DNA from: an uncultured delta proteobacterium
GTDB lineage: Bacteria > Desulfobacterota > Syntrophorhabdia > Syntrophorhabdales > Syntrophorhabdaceae
Direction of reading: 5' to 3'
Assembly: GCA_963785225.1 (NCBI GenBank)
Contig: CAWAUQ010000009.1
Coordinates: 115,255-179,254, forward strand
Length of the DNA stretch: 64,000 nucleotides
Of the stretch, positions 20,318 to 31,563 are shown piece by piece; positions within the stretch are counted from its first letter, which is position 1, and every line of letters begins with the position of its first letter. The notes under the pieces are model-generated. The model saw only the letters and a program-made list of their open reading frames with translations. It had not been told where the DNA came from and did no database searches. The translations under genes and the position numbers were made by a program.

Positions 20318-22264
20318 ATGAAGTATTTCATTGTGGTACATTTATTGCATATAACAGTTTCTATGACGAATAAGACGGAAAAACAACTTTTTGAAAATAT
20401 GCCATTGTTGAGCGCTCTCATCGACAATATACCTAATCCTGTATATTGTCAGGATGTTCATGGTTTTTATTTTGCCTATAATAAAGCATTCCAGGATTTG
20501 TTTGGCGACCCATTGCATGAAAGTTATATAGGAAAAACAGTTTTTGATCTTCCTATCAGCCTTGAAGAGGCTTTGGCCCATCATAGGGCCGATTTGGAAC
20601 TCTTTCGTTCGCCTGGCAGCAAAACATATGAAGGTATGCTTACGTTTGCAGATGGCTCGATACGACATATAATCTCAAAAAAAATAACTTTCCAAAAGAC
20701 GGATGGCTCAACAGGCGGGATTATAACCTACGTTACAGATGCAACAGAATCAAAAGAGACCGAGGACACATTTAGAAAAAACGAAGCAAGGCTTAAGTAT
20801 CTTGCAGAAGCTTCGCTTGAAGCTCTCTTTTTTATTGAAAATGGTATTATTATTGACGTTAACAGAAGAATGAATGAAATGTTCGGATATGGTGAAGGCG
20901 AGATTCTTGGCAGAAATATCCTCGATTTTATTGTTCCCGACAGAGGAACAACTTCTAATAATTTTTTGGTTGCAGGTGGCGGACATACATATGAAACGAA
21001 AGGACTGCGTAAGGATGGGACTTTGTTTCCCATTGAAGTCTATTCTCGAGAGTTAGATTTGAAAGAAAAACGTATATGGATATCTGCTGTCAGGGACATT
21101 ACTGAGCAGAAAAATATGGAGAATGAGGTTTTAAAGTCGAAGAATCTCCAGTCTGTCGGAACCCTTGCAAATGGCATTGCTCACGATTTTAACAACCTCT
21201 TGGCGGCAATCGTAGGCAATATCTCCCTTGCTAAAATCAGTGCGCCTAAGGAGGGCAAATTATTTCATTATTTATCAGAAGCTGAACGTATCACCCTTAT
21301 GGGGAAAAACCTGACACACCAGCTCTTAACCTTTTCCCGCACTGAAGATTCGGTTAGAAAAATTGTAGATATCGATCCAATAATAAAAGATACGACAGAA
21401 AAAGTCTTAAGTGGTACATCAGTCAAAGCCGAATACATAATCCATGCAGGTCTTTTTCCCGTAGAAGTTGATGAAGACAAGATACGGCAGGTTATCCGGA
21501 ATATAGTTGTCAATGCCAAGGAATCAATGTCATCGGAAGGGACTATACGTATAACCTGTGAAAATGTAAATATTGCGTCACAACATAAGCTCCCCATCAG
21601 GGAATCCTATGTTCGCATACTGATCCATGATGAGGGCATAGGCATATCTGAGGAAAATATGTCCAAGATTTTTGATCCCTATTTTACGACAAAAGATATG
21701 GGACCACAAAAGGGTGTCGGTCTTGGGCTTGCAATTTGTTATTCCATCATTAAGAAGCATAATGGATATATACTGGTGAATTCAGTTCCCGGGGGTGGCA
21801 CAACATTTCAGATTTACCTTCCGGCATACAAACAGGATAGCAAAACCATATCCGGTGAGAGGAAGGCTGTCAACAATGCTGCGAGAAGGATCCTTGTCAT
21901 GGATGACGATAACATGATTCTGGAGATAACGAAAGAATTGCTTCAGCACATGGGATATGAAGTTACAACAGCGTCCGCCGGTGAAGAAGCAGTTGCTTTA
22001 TACAAAGAAGCAATGGGGCAGAATCAACCCTTTTCTGCGGTAATTCTTGATTTGGAAATCTCCAGCGGTATGGCTGGTAAGGAAACCATGCAGGAACTGC
22101 TTTCCGTCGATCCCCATGTCAAAGCCATTATCTCCAGCGGATATTTGAATAATCCGATTATTATCGGCTTTAAGGACTACGGTTTTTCAGAAATCCTTAC
22201 AAAACCATATGATGCGAACGAACTCGATGAGAAACTCCGGAGTGTTATTGATCCGGACAATTGA
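20318..22264 (+). CDS. PAS-domain hybrid sensor histidine kinase / response regulator
   Basis: Two PAS-like segments, HisKA (GIAHDFNNLLAAIVGN), HATPase_c (GVGLGLAICYSIIKKHNG...GGGTTFQIYLP) and a C-terminal REC (ILVMDDD...VILDLEI...). The start may instead be MTNKTEKQ at 20363. Confidence 0.85.
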   Translation: MKYFIVVHLLHITVSMTNKTEKQLFENMPLLSALIDNIPNPVYCQDVHGFYFAYNKAFQDLFGDPLHESYIGKTVFDLPISLEEALAHHRADLELFRSPGSKTYEGMLTFADGSIRHIISKKITFQKTDGSTGGIITYVTDATESKETEDTFRKNEARLKYLAEASLEALFFIENGIIIDVNRRMNEMFGYGEGEILGRNILDFIVPDRGTTSNNFLVAGGGHTYETKGLRKDGTLFPIEVYSRELDLKEKRIWISAVRDITEQKNMENEVLKSKNLQSVGTLANGIAHDFNNLLAAIVGNISLAKISAPKEGKLFHYLSEAERITLMGKNLTHQLLTFSRTEDSVRKIVDIDPIIKDTTEKVLSGTSVKAEYIIHAGLFPVEVDEDKIRQVIRNIVVNAKESMSSEGTIRITCENVNIASQHKLPIRESYVRILIHDEGIGISEENMSKIFDPYFTTKDMGPQKGVGLGLAICYSIIKKHNGYILVNSVPGGGTTFQIYLPAYKQDSKTISGERKAVNNAARRILVMDDDNMILEITKELLQHMGYEVTTASAGEEAVALYKEAMGQNQPFSAVILDLEISSGMAGKETMQELLSVDPHVKAIISSGYLNNPIIIGFKDYGFSEILTKPYDANELDEKLRSVIDPDN

Positions 22265-22329
22265 TGAGAGGTTGTGGATAATTTCTATCCGGTTCTTAAG
22301 TATTCCTTTTTATAGATAATCAGTATTCA

Positions 22330-22812
22330 TCAAGGTGGTACCACTCTGCGTCTTCCAGCCACTGCGCCGGTCTGTTCACAAAAGTCAATCATGCTTTCCA
22401 TGAACCGTGCATGTGATTGTTCCTGTTTGACAATCATATCTAATATTTTCTTCTGCGGCTCATCAGGAGCAGTTTCACGGGCTTTACGATAGTATGCTAT
22501 ACTCTCACGTTCCAGCTCAAGCCCTTTCTTATAGGCTGCCACACTGTCCCTGAGAGTTTCCGGCATGTGAACACCCCTCGCCAGGGTTGCAAAAACAGTC
22601 TTCGCTTTTTCTATCACGGAACTCGTTGTGTCTGCAACGCTGCTGTCACTGCCACGCTCCATGGCCTCAAAGATTTTGTAATGATTATCTTCCTCGACTG
22701 CCAAATGTTCAAAGACGCCCCTTATTTCCTTAAGATCTGTCTCCCGGGCCAGCATGCGGTAGTACTCTGCGCCTTTTCTCTCCATTGCTTTGGCAAAAGT
22801 ATAAATCTCCAC
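22330..22812 (-). CDS. ferritin-like / rubrerythrin-family diiron protein
   Basis: Two ExxH motifs (VEEDNHYKIFE, KQEQSHARFME). Start moved to GTG at 22812, 5 nt after AAGGAGG. The ORF track extends to 22842. Confidence 0.55.
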   Translation of the reverse strand: MEIYTFAKAMERKGAEYYRMLARETDLKEIRGVFEHLAVEEDNHYKIFEAMERGSDSSVADTTSSVIEKAKTVFATLARGVHMPETLRDSVAAYKKGLELERESIAYYRKARETAPDEPQKKILDMIVKQEQSHARFMESMIDFCEQTGAVAGRRRVVPP

Positions 22813-22885
22813 AAAAACCTCCTTAGAATGAGGGAATGACACATCAAATTATTACTGACAGCCACCCTCTTTTCATCTTGTAATA

Positions 22886-22913
22886 AGAATAATACAATAA
22901 AGCTGACTGTCAA
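22886..22913 (-). promoter_or_regulatory. candidate sigma70 promoter for ferritin-like gene
   Basis: Minus strand: TTGACA (22913..22908), 16-nt spacer, TATTCT (22891..22886). Confidence 0.3.
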
Positions 22914-23044
22914 TACTGCCGGTTCTTATAGGTACAACCGGTATTAAATGCATAGTATTAAAACAGGCAGGCAGTAATTACAGGACTCCGGCAAAGCCGA
23001 AAATGTATCAATCGAGCGACAGGGCTTCCCGGAAAACACTATTT

Positions 23045-23683
23045 TCAAGTATCCCCGGGAGATGACTCCCCAAGGCGGTCCCGGATCATTTTCAGGATAA
23101 CAAAGGACTCCCGTTCCCTCTCCTCCAGCGAACCCATGATGTAGCCGATGGTTTCCCGGTAATCGGGCATAAATATTTTTGAGAGTGCGTTGCATCGCCG
23201 TTGGGTCTTTCGAAGTTCCAGGGCCAGCCGCATGACTGCATTTTCCAGCTCCGCTAATTCCGCAAGCAGGGGCAAGACCTCAATGAAACGGCTCATGGCA
23301 AGATCTGTGTTCGCCGATGTTCCGCCAATACCAAACTGTGCGCTGACAGGTTCTGTATGCGCCGTTACGTGAGGAATTTTCATGCCCATCAGGTGCTGGT
23401 CTGTAATTACTACCCGGTGGTCCATCCTCACGGCGAGGATAGCCCTATCGAGAGCTTCAATTCCTCCATCCATCCGTGCCTCGCCAAGAGCTGAAAAGGC
23501 ACGGCGAAGAGCTTCTTTAACATTCTGTTCGGCATCACAGGCACGATTCAGCCGGCTCATCAATTCAAAGATAAGGATTTGCCGTTTTTGCTCAAGGAGA
23601 TCATAGCCCTCTTCGGCAAAGTCAAGCTGTCGTTTCAGCAGGAGTAAATTCGATTTTGTCGGTGCAATATTCAGCTTTCCCAT
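23045..23683 (-). CDS. ntpD: V/A-type ATP synthase subunit D
   Basis: 212 aa. The N-terminus NIAPTKSNLLLLKRQLDFAEEGYDLLEQKRQIL is the canonical subunit D start. Confidence 0.9.
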   Translation of the reverse strand: MGKLNIAPTKSNLLLLKRQLDFAEEGYDLLEQKRQILIFELMSRLNRACDAEQNVKEALRRAFSALGEARMDGGIEALDRAILAVRMDHRVVITDQHLMGMKIPHVTAHTEPVSAQFGIGGTSANTDLAMSRFIEVLPLLAELAELENAVMRLALELRKTQRRCNALSKIFMPDYRETIGYIMGSLEERERESFVILKMIRDRLGESSPGDT

Positions 23684-23722
23684 AAAATTATTCTACCCAG
23701 CCTGCACGCCGTCAAATGACCA

Positions 23723-25141
23723 TCACACAGACAGGGTCTCCTCTTTCTCGTGGTAATATTTTTTCAACAGGGCATCACTCACACGGTGCAACTCTTCTTT
23801 GGGTAACGTGGACAGGACGTCCCATCCAAGTTCGAGTGTGGTTTCAATAGACCGGTTCTCATTTTCACCTTGTGTTAAAAAACGCATCTCAAAGGCTTCA
23901 CCAAATTTCAGATACTGTTTATCCAATGTGCTTAACTCTTCTTCGCCTATGACATCGGCCAGTCCACGGACCCGCTTGACATATGCATAGCAGGCAAATA
24001 ACTGGCTTGCGAGAATCGGATGGTCTTCACGGGTATATCCCTTACCCACGCCATCCTTCATGAGACGCGACAGGCTTGGAAGACCGGCAATAGGCGGGTA
24101 AACACCGCGCTGAAACAGATCACGATCCAACACGACCTGCCCTTCAGTGATGTAGCCGGTGAGGTCGGGGACAGGATGGCTAATATCATCGGCAGGCATC
24201 GTCAGAATAGGTATTTGAGTAATCGAACCAGGCGAACCTTCAATACGGCCGGCACGCTCGTAAATACTGGCAAGGTCTGAGTAGAGATAACCCGGATACC
24301 CTTTACGGCCGGGGATTTCACCCCTGGCCGTGCCCACTTCACGGAGACTTTCGCAATAATTTGTCATATCCGTCAGGAGCACGAGCACATGCTGGCCACA
24401 ATCAAATGCCAGGTGTTCTGCCAGTGTCAGGGCAACCCGGGGAGTAAGAAGGCGCTCAACACTGGGCGAATCAGCCAGGGAAAAGAACATGACAGCCCGG
24501 GCAAGGGCGCCTGAATCCCGAAAATTACGAATGAAAAACTCGGCTACATCATGTTTCACGCCCATTGCGGCAAAGACAATAGAAAACTCAATCTCTTCTT
24601 CGAGGAGGCGCGCCTGTCGTACAATCTGTGCGGATACGCGGTCATGGGGGAGGCCATTTCCGGAAAAGATAGGTAACTTCTGGCCTCGAACCAGGGCATT
24701 CATCCCATCAATAGCCGACAAGCCCGTCTGTATAAATTCACGGGGATAACGCCGCGCGTATGGATTTATAGGCATTCCATTGACGTCGCGCTGTTCTGCG
24801 GAGAGCGCAGGTGGACCATTGTCTGCCGGACGACCGAGACCATCGAATACACGGCCCAGCATCTGTCTTGATACGGGAAGGCGAAAACTTTCTCCCAGGA
24901 ATCGGGCACGCAAGGATTGGTTTGAGAGTCCTGTTGTTCCTTCAAGGATCTGGACAACAGCCTGTGTTTCAGAAATATCAAGGACCCTTCCAAGACGTGG
25001 ATTACCGGCAAAATCGAGGATCTCAACCATTTCGTCGTACCCCACATCACGAACCCGTTTCACTACAACTAATGGTCCCTCGATACGTGTGGCGCCAACA
25101 TATTGCAATCCCCGGTCTTCTATCTCTAAGGCGGTGTGCAT
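23723..25141 (-). CDS. ntpB: V/A-type ATP synthase subunit B
   Basis: 472 aa. [14 protein letters not shown]..., [37 protein letters not shown]. Confidence 0.95.
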   Translation of the reverse strand: MHTALEIEDRGLQYVGATRIEGPLVVVKRVRDVGYDEMVEILDFAGNPRLGRVLDISETQAVVQILEGTTGLSNQSLRARFLGESFRLPVSRQMLGRVFDGLGRPADNGPPALSAEQRDVNGMPINPYARRYPREFIQTGLSAIDGMNALVRGQKLPIFSGNGLPHDRVSAQIVRQARLLEEEIEFSIVFAAMGVKHDVAEFFIRNFRDSGALARAVMFFSLADSPSVERLLTPRVALTLAEHLAFDCGQHVLVLLTDMTNYCESLREVGTARGEIPGRKGYPGYLYSDLASIYERAGRIEGSPGSITQIPILTMPADDISHPVPDLTGYITEGQVVLDRDLFQRGVYPPIAGLPSLSRLMKDGVGKGYTREDHPILASQLFACYAYVKRVRGLADVIGEEELSTLDKQYLKFGEAFEMRFLTQGENENRSIETTLELGWDVLSTLPKEELHRVSDALLKKYYHEKEETLSV

Positions 25142-25143
25142 AG

Positions 25144-26931
25144 TTAGTTAGCCTCCTTGGCATACTCTTTTGCCAGTATTTCTGTCTCTTCCACAACCTT
25201 CCTCTCCAGCTCCACAAGCCCTTCGAGTTCCTTGTTGCCGAAGGCCGCCTTTGCCCGCAAGACATGGGGCACACAGTTTAAAGTACGGATTCTTGTCAAG
25301 GGAACACCGCCTTGAATCAGGTCACGGCCTCTGCGATAGAGAGTAAGAATAATGCGCAGTAGTGCAACCTGTCTCTCAGGTGTACAATATACGTCATTTT
25401 CATCGAAAGCACTTTGTGTAAGAAAACCATCTTTCATAATCTCCGCGATAAAAAGGATCAGGCGTTGGCCATCGGGCAGGACATCGGGCCCCACAAGCTT
25501 GACAATCTGCTGGAGGCGCTCTTCCCGTTGAAGAAGGGTCAGGGCTTCCGTACGCAATTCCGTCCAGTCGGGGGTTTCTTTTTTCCACCAGGGACCAACA
25601 TCCTCTACATATTCTGAATAGGAGTGCAGCCAGTGGATTGAAGGATAGTGTCTCGCGTTTGCCAGTTCAGTATCGAGCGCCCAGAAACAGCGGATAAAAC
25701 GGCGTGTATGCTGAGTAACGGGTTCGGAAAAATCGCCACCGGGTGGGCTGACAGCACCTACAATGCTCACGGACGCCCGGTCACCCGCAAGAGTGGTGAC
25801 AGCACCTCCTCGCTCATAAAACTGCGCAAGCCGGGTAGGCAGTGAAGCCGGGAAGCCTTCTTCCGCAGGCATCTCTTCCAACCGTGCCGCCAGTTCACGC
25901 AATGCCTCTGCCCAACGGCTCGTCGAGTCGGCAAAGACAGCCACAGACCGTCCCATATCCCTGTAATACTCGGCCAGTGTTATACCGGTATAAATGGATA
26001 CCTCCCTTGCCGCTACAGGCATATTTGAGGTGTTGGCAATGAGGATGGTCCTCTCCATCAGAGGTCTTCCCGAACGGGGGTCTTGAAGTTCCGGAAACTC
26101 ACGGAGCACTTCGGTCATTTCATTACCCCGTTCCCCACAACCGATGAAGACAATGATTTCAGCATCTGACCATTTCGCAAGCTGGTGCTGTGTGATCGTT
26201 TTTCCCGTGCCGAATCCACCCGGAATAGCAGCAGCCCCACCCTTGCCGATGGGAAAAAAGGTATCAATAATCCGTTGCCCTGTGATCAGGGGTTCAGTGA
26301 TACGTAATCGTTCACGAATAGGACGGGGCACCCGCACAGGCCACTTTTGCATCATAATAACGTCGCGGGGGCCTGCTAAAGTTTCCATAACAGCCAGGGT
26401 ATCAAGGATCCCGTATTCTCCTTTATCTACAATGGACCGTACCGTACCGCTCAGATCCGGGGGAGTCATGATTAGATGATTTACCAGTGGTGTCTCCATA
26501 ACCCGGCCTATGGCCTGACCGGCCGCCACAAATTCACCAGGACTGACGAGAGGTTCAAAAACCCATCGCTTCCCGGTATCCAGCGGGTCCACCTTTTCCC
26601 CGCGACGGATCCAGGCGCCGCTATGAGCTTGAATACCCGGCAACGGACGCTGAATACCGTCGTAAATGTTGCCGACTAACCCCGGTCCAAGCCACACCGA
26701 CAAAGGCGCGCCTGTACACTTGATTGGCGCCCCAGGCTTAATCATGGTAGTGTCCTCGTAAACCTGGATGGTGGCATAATCATCAACGAGCCGCACGACT
26801 TCTCCCACCAGACCAAGACTGCCTACCTGCACAACCTCGTACATCTGTGCTGCGTACATACCCGCAGCGGTTACGATAGGACCGCTAATGCGGGTAACGA
26901 CCGGTTCTTTGGCCTTCGTAAAAGTAGTCAT
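25144..26931 (-). CDS. ntpA: V/A-type ATP synthase catalytic subunit A
   Basis: 595 aa. Walker [22 protein letters not shown], and [10 protein letters not shown]-like [13 protein letters not shown]. Confidence 0.95.
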   Translation of the reverse strand: MTTFTKAKEPVVTRISGPIVTAAGMYAAQMYEVVQVGSLGLVGEVVRLVDDYATIQVYEDTTMIKPGAPIKCTGAPLSVWLGPGLVGNIYDGIQRPLPGIQAHSGAWIRRGEKVDPLDTGKRWVFEPLVSPGEFVAAGQAIGRVMETPLVNHLIMTPPDLSGTVRSIVDKGEYGILDTLAVMETLAGPRDVIMMQKWPVRVPRPIRERLRITEPLITGQRIIDTFFPIGKGGAAAIPGGFGTGKTITQHQLAKWSDAEIIVFIGCGERGNEMTEVLREFPELQDPRSGRPLMERTILIANTSNMPVAAREVSIYTGITLAEYYRDMGRSVAVFADSTSRWAEALRELAARLEEMPAEEGFPASLPTRLAQFYERGGAVTTLAGDRASVSIVGAVSPPGGDFSEPVTQHTRRFIRCFWALDTELANARHYPSIHWLHSYSEYVEDVGPWWKKETPDWTELRTEALTLLQREERLQQIVKLVGPDVLPDGQRLILFIAEIMKDGFLTQSAFDENDVYCTPERQVALLRIILTLYRRGRDLIQGGVPLTRIRTLNCVPHVLRAKAAFGNKELEGLVELERKVVEETEILAKEYAKEAN

Positions 26932-27578
26932 GGGCTATCTCCTCGTGATCCCGTTTGAGGGGTTAAACCCGCCTGCACGGCTATCTGCCGCCTCAGTTCC
27001 GGCCACAGTCTCTCCAGCCTTTTCATAAGGCAGTTATCCCAAACCTGGCGAGCCTCCGCATCCTCGATAATAATACCGCCTCCTGTAACCCCCGGTCCGT
27101 GCGAAACGGTAATGTTCACCGGTCGACCGACATGTTGCGAAATTTCGTCGGACAGGCCATCGACAAGGGTGGTTTGGTCAATCTCAGCAAGCTTGACGAC
27201 AAATGTAGTGCCTTCCATCCGGCTTATGGCATCAGAAGCAAGGATGGTCAAAGATTTACGATAATCAAATCCTTCGCGGCCCAGCAATCGCTGAAATGCT
27301 TCCTCGTGTACAGATTCAAGCAATGCGTCAATGCGCGCTGCCCGTAAGCGGCCTGTTTCGACGGGAACCGTAGCAACTATTAACATACTCTGATGGGCAG
27401 CATCAGCGCGGGCCCTGTCAAGCAGTTCTTTCCGCACCTGATCCGCTTCAGCACTTGCCTTTTTTAACAAAACATCTGCTTCTTCTCTCGCACGCTTGAT
27501 AATCTCTTCACTCTCTCTCCGGGCTTGTGAAAGGATTTCATCACGCATTACTTCGGTAGAGCTCTGATTCATTGTCAT
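26928..27578 (-). CDS. ntpE: V/A-type ATP synthase subunit E
   Basis: 216 aa. Charged coiled N-terminus (EILSQARRESEEIIKRAREEADVLLKKA) followed by a globular C-terminus. Sits between F and A; ATGA overlap with A. Confidence 0.7.
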   Translation of the reverse strand: MTMNQSSTEVMRDEILSQARRESEEIIKRAREEADVLLKKASAEADQVRKELLDRARADAAHQSMLIVATVPVETGRLRAARIDALLESVHEEAFQRLLGREGFDYRKSLTILASDAISRMEGTTFVVKLAEIDQTTLVDGLSDEISQHVGRPVNITVSHGPGVTGGGIIIEDAEARQVWDNCLMKRLERLWPELRRQIAVQAGLTPQTGSRGDSP

Positions 27579-27590
27579 CGACAGACCCCC

Positions 27591-27899
27591 TTAACCAACA
27601 CTGATACCAACAGCTTCCTGTACAAATTCACGCAAGCTCTTCCTTTCTGAAAGCGGTCCTTCAGGCCCTGCTATCTCGACGATCAGCGGACGGTCACCTG
27701 CAAGCCGGATCATTTCTATCTGCGACCGAATCAAGGCCGCAACTTTTTCAGTGATGATAACGATCCCGCAATCCGGTTTGGCTGTAGCTTCATTGAGTGC
27801 GGCTCTGGCCTGCTCCGCCGTCTCCGCTACTTGAGCCTCGACACCTGCCAGCCGGAAACCGCGCACTGTATTTTCATCACCGATACAATAAAACTTCAT
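27591..27899 (-). CDS. ntpF: V/A-type ATP synthase subunit F
   Basis: 102 aa. MKFYCIGDENTVRGFRLAGV is the typical subunit F start. Confidence 0.8.
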   Translation of the reverse strand: MKFYCIGDENTVRGFRLAGVEAQVAETAEQARAALNEATAKPDCGIVIITEKVAALIRSQIEMIRLAGDRPLIVEIAGPEGPLSERKSLREFVQEAVGISVG

Positions 27900-27902
27900 A
27901 GA

Positions 27903-28253
27903 TCAACTTCCTATTTTTTGTATCAGCATCATGGCGATAGCGAAGCCAAGCACGGCCAATCCTTCTGCCAATGCCACGAAGAGGATGCTGCGGGTCAGCA
28001 ACTCAGGTTTTTCTGCTGCTGCACCGAGCGCTGCCGACCCGATCTTCCCAACGGCATAGCCTGCGCCGAGAACACTCCCGGCAATGGCACATGCGGCTGC
28101 TACACCTAAACCGATGGTTTTCCATACCAATCCCATATCTGTCAGTACACCTGTACGTGCAGTTTCCTCCGCCATTACTGTCATAGCAGTCAGCACTATT
28201 CCCATAAGAAACGCTCCGATCAATCCTGCTCGCCAGCATAACAACTTCATCAT
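27903..28253 (-). CDS. ntpK: V/A-type ATP synthase proteolipid subunit K/c (single hairpin)
   Basis: 116 aa. Gly/Ala-rich helix GLGVAAACAIAGSVLGAGYAVGKIG and second helix with carboxylate LFVALAEGLAVLG. Has an additional hydrophobic N-terminal segment. Confidence 0.8.
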   Translation of the reverse strand: MMKLLCWRAGLIGAFLMGIVLTAMTVMAEETARTGVLTDMGLVWKTIGLGVAAACAIAGSVLGAGYAVGKIGSAALGAAAEKPELLTRSILFVALAEGLAVLGFAIAMMLIQKIGS

Positions 28254-28436
28254 GTAACACCTCCGGAACTATTTTAAGGGGCTCACACCTGTCTTCCCGA
28301 AGGAAGGGCTGCCTCCTCTCGCTCACTCTCGTGAGCTGGTTTTATCACCCGTTTTCATTATTTTATCTCAGTCGTTTCCACCCCCCTCTCTTCTTCATGT
28401 TTTTATTCCTTGCGTTTACAGCTTTCCTCGTTTCCA

Positions 28437-30440
28437 TCACGGCACCCGATTCTTATCGTCAGGAGCTAAACGGAATGGTTCAAAGGGTTGCCCGTTGCCT
28501 GAAAAAAACTTCCCGAAAAATTCATAATATTCAAGACGCAACGCCTGTACTGAAGCGATGATCCCTTCAAGGATAATGGCAACCAGATTGCCGAGAATGA
28601 TGACCAGCAGGCTCCACAGGCTTCCCCCGAAGGCAACGTCTCTCACAACCTCGGCCAGCATAAAAGCAGCGAAAATGAGCGCCGCGTGACTCATGGCATA
28701 CGCTGCAAGACGAACAAAGCTTATGGTGTTCGCAAGGTATCCGAGAACCGCCTCAAAAGCCTCTACGCATGATTCCATAACAGCGCTGGCCAACCCGCCG
28801 CCTGCCTCACCATGCTCGCCGGCTTTTCGTCCCAGTAAATGTTCCATGGGCTGTTTAAGGGACCAACCAACAATGGGTACTACGAGAAATACAATCACCG
28901 ATATACCCATGAGCCCCCTGGACTGGATGGCCTCCCCATTTATCAAGATAACCAGCGCACCCCAGTAGAACAGAAGGCCGATGAGTCCGAACTTATCGAG
29001 AATAGCTCCGAATGTATCACCCCGACGAAAGCGATTAATGATATTCAATATAAGACCCAGGCTGATCATCACAACGCCAATCCCGATAGCGCCATACATC
29101 AACCGCATGGGGTCACCCTCCAGGGGATCATGCCAGAGCGCGTATTTTTTTAACGCTTCGATACCAAAGTAGCTTCCGTAAACCACGCCGGAAACGATGC
29201 TCGACAATCCACCGAAAAGGAGTAGAAAACCAACGTCCCGCACTTTTTCAGAGCGACCTGCAAAGAGAGCAATGAGGCCGCACATTGCGAGGACAAATCC
29301 GTGTCCCGCATCACCGAACATTATTCCGAACATCACGAGATAACTCAAGGCCACAAATAACGTTGGCTCCAGTTCCCGATAATTCGGGAGACCATAGGTC
29401 GAAACCAACATCTCAAAAGGCCGCAACAACCATGAGTGCCTGAGCAGAACAGGAATCTGCTCTTCCGTAGAAGCATCCGGGGGGGTAGCCTGAAGAGCAT
29501 ACCGTCCGCTGGTGATTTCTTTCATAGATCGTTCCAAAACCGCTACATCGCAGGCAGGCACCCATCCCGCGATGAGAACAGTAGAAGCCGTTCGTGGAAA
29601 CTTTTGACTCGCATCCAGGAGCCTGCATTCCATATCGATAAATTCTTCGATTTCATAAAGTGGCAACAAATATTCTGCCGTGATTTCCTTCAGCCTGTAA
29701 TTCAATCGATCCAATTCAGCCTTTATCTGCTCCTGTTCCTTCTGACATTGTTCTGACAAACCATCTACTGTTGCCCCTTCAACAACAGGAAGCAACTCGT
29801 CCTGAAAACCCGCCTGTCGTAAAGTCTTTTCCAGTGCAGGCCAACCCTGACGAGTAGTAATCCCGAAAATAGACTGCTTGCCTTTTTGCTGTGTCAGGGG
29901 AAGCAGGGCCACATTATTGCCAATCTCTTTTCCAAGACCTTCAAAATTTTGTGCCGGCAAATTCCCTGTAACGAAATGGAGAAATGAAAACTGATCAAGC
30001 CCATCCAATGGGATTTCAAGCCCGCGATAGCACGATACCCGTTCACAAACAGCGGCCAATTCCTTCTGATTTTGCATGAAACCCTGGCGTTCCGCCAACA
30101 GGTCCCGGCTTTGTTGTTCTATCGAAAGAAGAATCTCTTCAGCCTTGCCAAGGGTCATCTCAACGAATGGGGCTTGCGCCTGCCCTTGTGTGATTTTGTG
30201 TGAATATCCGGGGTATGGTCTATTAGATAAAGGGGAAATTTCCAAAGACTTGCGCAGATCCTGAAGGCGGACCCGGATACGATCATATCGCGCCATTTCT
30301 CCGGTGCAGTCAGGAGGGTTTAGAGGAGCTGTTTCAGGTCCAGGGTGAGTGCTCATTAAGTGCACCGCCCCTAACCGGCCAAGATCTTTAAGCACCGCGC
30401 GTTCATCTTGAGCAAGAACGACTACCTGTAGTCGCATCAT
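28437..30440 (-). CDS. ntpI: V/A-type ATP synthase subunit I (a)
   Basis: ORF 28437..30470. Soluble N-terminal half plus a multi-TM C-terminal half with the conserved Arg region SFVRLAAYAMSHA. Start set at MMRLQVVVL (30440), downstream of the subunit C stop at 30451. Confidence 0.85.
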   Translation of the reverse strand: MMRLQVVVLAQDERAVLKDLGRLGAVHLMSTHPGPETAPLNPPDCTGEMARYDRIRVRLQDLRKSLEISPLSNRPYPGYSHKITQGQAQAPFVEMTLGKAEEILLSIEQQSRDLLAERQGFMQNQKELAAVCERVSCYRGLEIPLDGLDQFSFLHFVTGNLPAQNFEGLGKEIGNNVALLPLTQQKGKQSIFGITTRQGWPALEKTLRQAGFQDELLPVVEGATVDGLSEQCQKEQEQIKAELDRLNYRLKEITAEYLLPLYEIEEFIDMECRLLDASQKFPRTASTVLIAGWVPACDVAVLERSMKEITSGRYALQATPPDASTEEQIPVLLRHSWLLRPFEMLVSTYGLPNYRELEPTLFVALSYLVMFGIMFGDAGHGFVLAMCGLIALFAGRSEKVRDVGFLLLFGGLSSIVSGVVYGSYFGIEALKKYALWHDPLEGDPMRLMYGAIGIGVVMISLGLILNIINRFRRGDTFGAILDKFGLIGLLFYWGALVILINGEAIQSRGLMGISVIVFLVVPIVGWSLKQPMEHLLGRKAGEHGEAGGGLASAVMESCVEAFEAVLGYLANTISFVRLAAYAMSHAALIFAAFMLAEVVRDVAFGGSLWSLLVIILGNLVAIILEGIIASVQALRLEYYEFFGKFFSGNGQPFEPFRLAPDDKNRVP

Positions 30441-30450
30441 GGGTACCGCA

Positions 30451-31563
30451 CTAAACATAAGTCCTCTCAAGATCTGTCCGTGGGATCAAACGCCCACGGA
30501 TATTTTCGGCAGACATGCCGCCATGTATTCCCTCGGAAATCGTGATGAGGTTTGCCACTTCCACACGACGAAGACCTGTATAACCCACAATTGCACCCAC
30601 TCCCATGTGGCTCTGACGAAAAGCAAGATTTGCCAAGTGCAAGAATCTCTTCCATGCGAGGCCCTCCAGCATTGACGCATCAACATCCATTGATCTATCT
30701 TTCGGTCCCTGTTCCAAATGCGCTATATCAAGCACGCATTGCGGGACACGGCCAACTGATGTCATGAGATCCGGATCATTGAGCATAGCGATAAAAATTG
30801 CGTGGGATATCCGGGTCGGCCCTACATGTAATGGCTGTAGCATCTCCGGTGAAATGCTGTAGTAGAATTTTCCCCGGACAACCAACATCAAGTGGTAAAT
30901 ATCTACTTCCTGATAAACCATTGGTCTAATGATCTCCCTCTCTCCCCGCGGAAATTTTTCCATCCTGGTCAGTAACTCCTGAAAATAGCCGCGATCAAGC
31001 ATTGCCTCAAAAAAGAACGGCCGCGGATTATCACGATAAATTTCGAGTGCTTTCCCCAGATTATCCCGAAAGGGCCCCTTAGGAACCAGACGGATAAAAT
31101 CTTCCAGGGACTGCGCCGCAGCCAGCCCCTTGATGTCCAGGGCCAACTTCCCGGATAAGGGCGCAAAAAGCCCATATAGTTCTTCAATGGGGGTCTTTGT
31201 TAAGAATGCACGGATCAACATTTTCAGATTTTCCGCCTGGAACCTGAAGAGCATCCAATCTGTGAAATCGGCCCCCGAACCGGTCATGTGTGCGCCCAGG
31301 CCCGATAACTCATCGATCAGTTCATATAACAGCAGACGTTGAAAATCCAGGACTCCTGTAAGCTCGGTTTGTGGAAAGATCGTGCGGAAAAATTCTGGAA
31401 GACTCCTGATGCGGCACAGGCTATCGAGTCGTTCACCCTCAGCCATGCGGCTGCGACGTCCATGAAGACGGGCCGTGAGATACTCCAGGTTCCTCACTAT
31501 TCGTCGTGTCGAAGCGATGGTTGACACAGTGGTGGGATCGGCTACGCTTGTTTGCTCACGCAC
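30451..31563 (-). CDS. ntpC: V/A-type ATP synthase subunit C (d)
   Basis: 370 aa, all-helical, in the position upstream of I. LEYLTARLHGRRSRM... is a typical subunit C/d start region. Confidence 0.7.
   Translation of the reverse strand: MREQTSVADPTTVSTIASTRRIVRNLEYLTARLHGRRSRMAEGERLDSLCRIRSLPEFFRTIFPQTELTGVLDFQRLLLYELIDELSGLGAHMTGSGADFTDWMLFRFQAENLKMLIRAFLTKTPIEELYGLFAPLSGKLALDIKGLAAAQSLEDFIRLVPKGPFRDNLGKALEIYRDNPRPFFFEAMLDRGYFQELLTRMEKFPRGEREIIRPMVYQEVDIYHLMLVVRGKFYYSISPEMLQPLHVGPTRISHAIFIAMLNDPDLMTSVGRVPQCVLDIAHLEQGPKDRSMDVDASMLEGLAWKRFLHLANLAFRQSHMGVGAIVGYTGLRRVEVANLITISEGIHGGMSAENIRGRLIPRTDLERTYV

Noticed and set aside
22919-22941. Hairpin CCGGTT-N11-AACCGG downstream of V-ATPase subunit D as operon terminator
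   Set aside because: No U-run follows it on the transcribed (minus) strand. It may still be a structural element but cannot be called a terminator.
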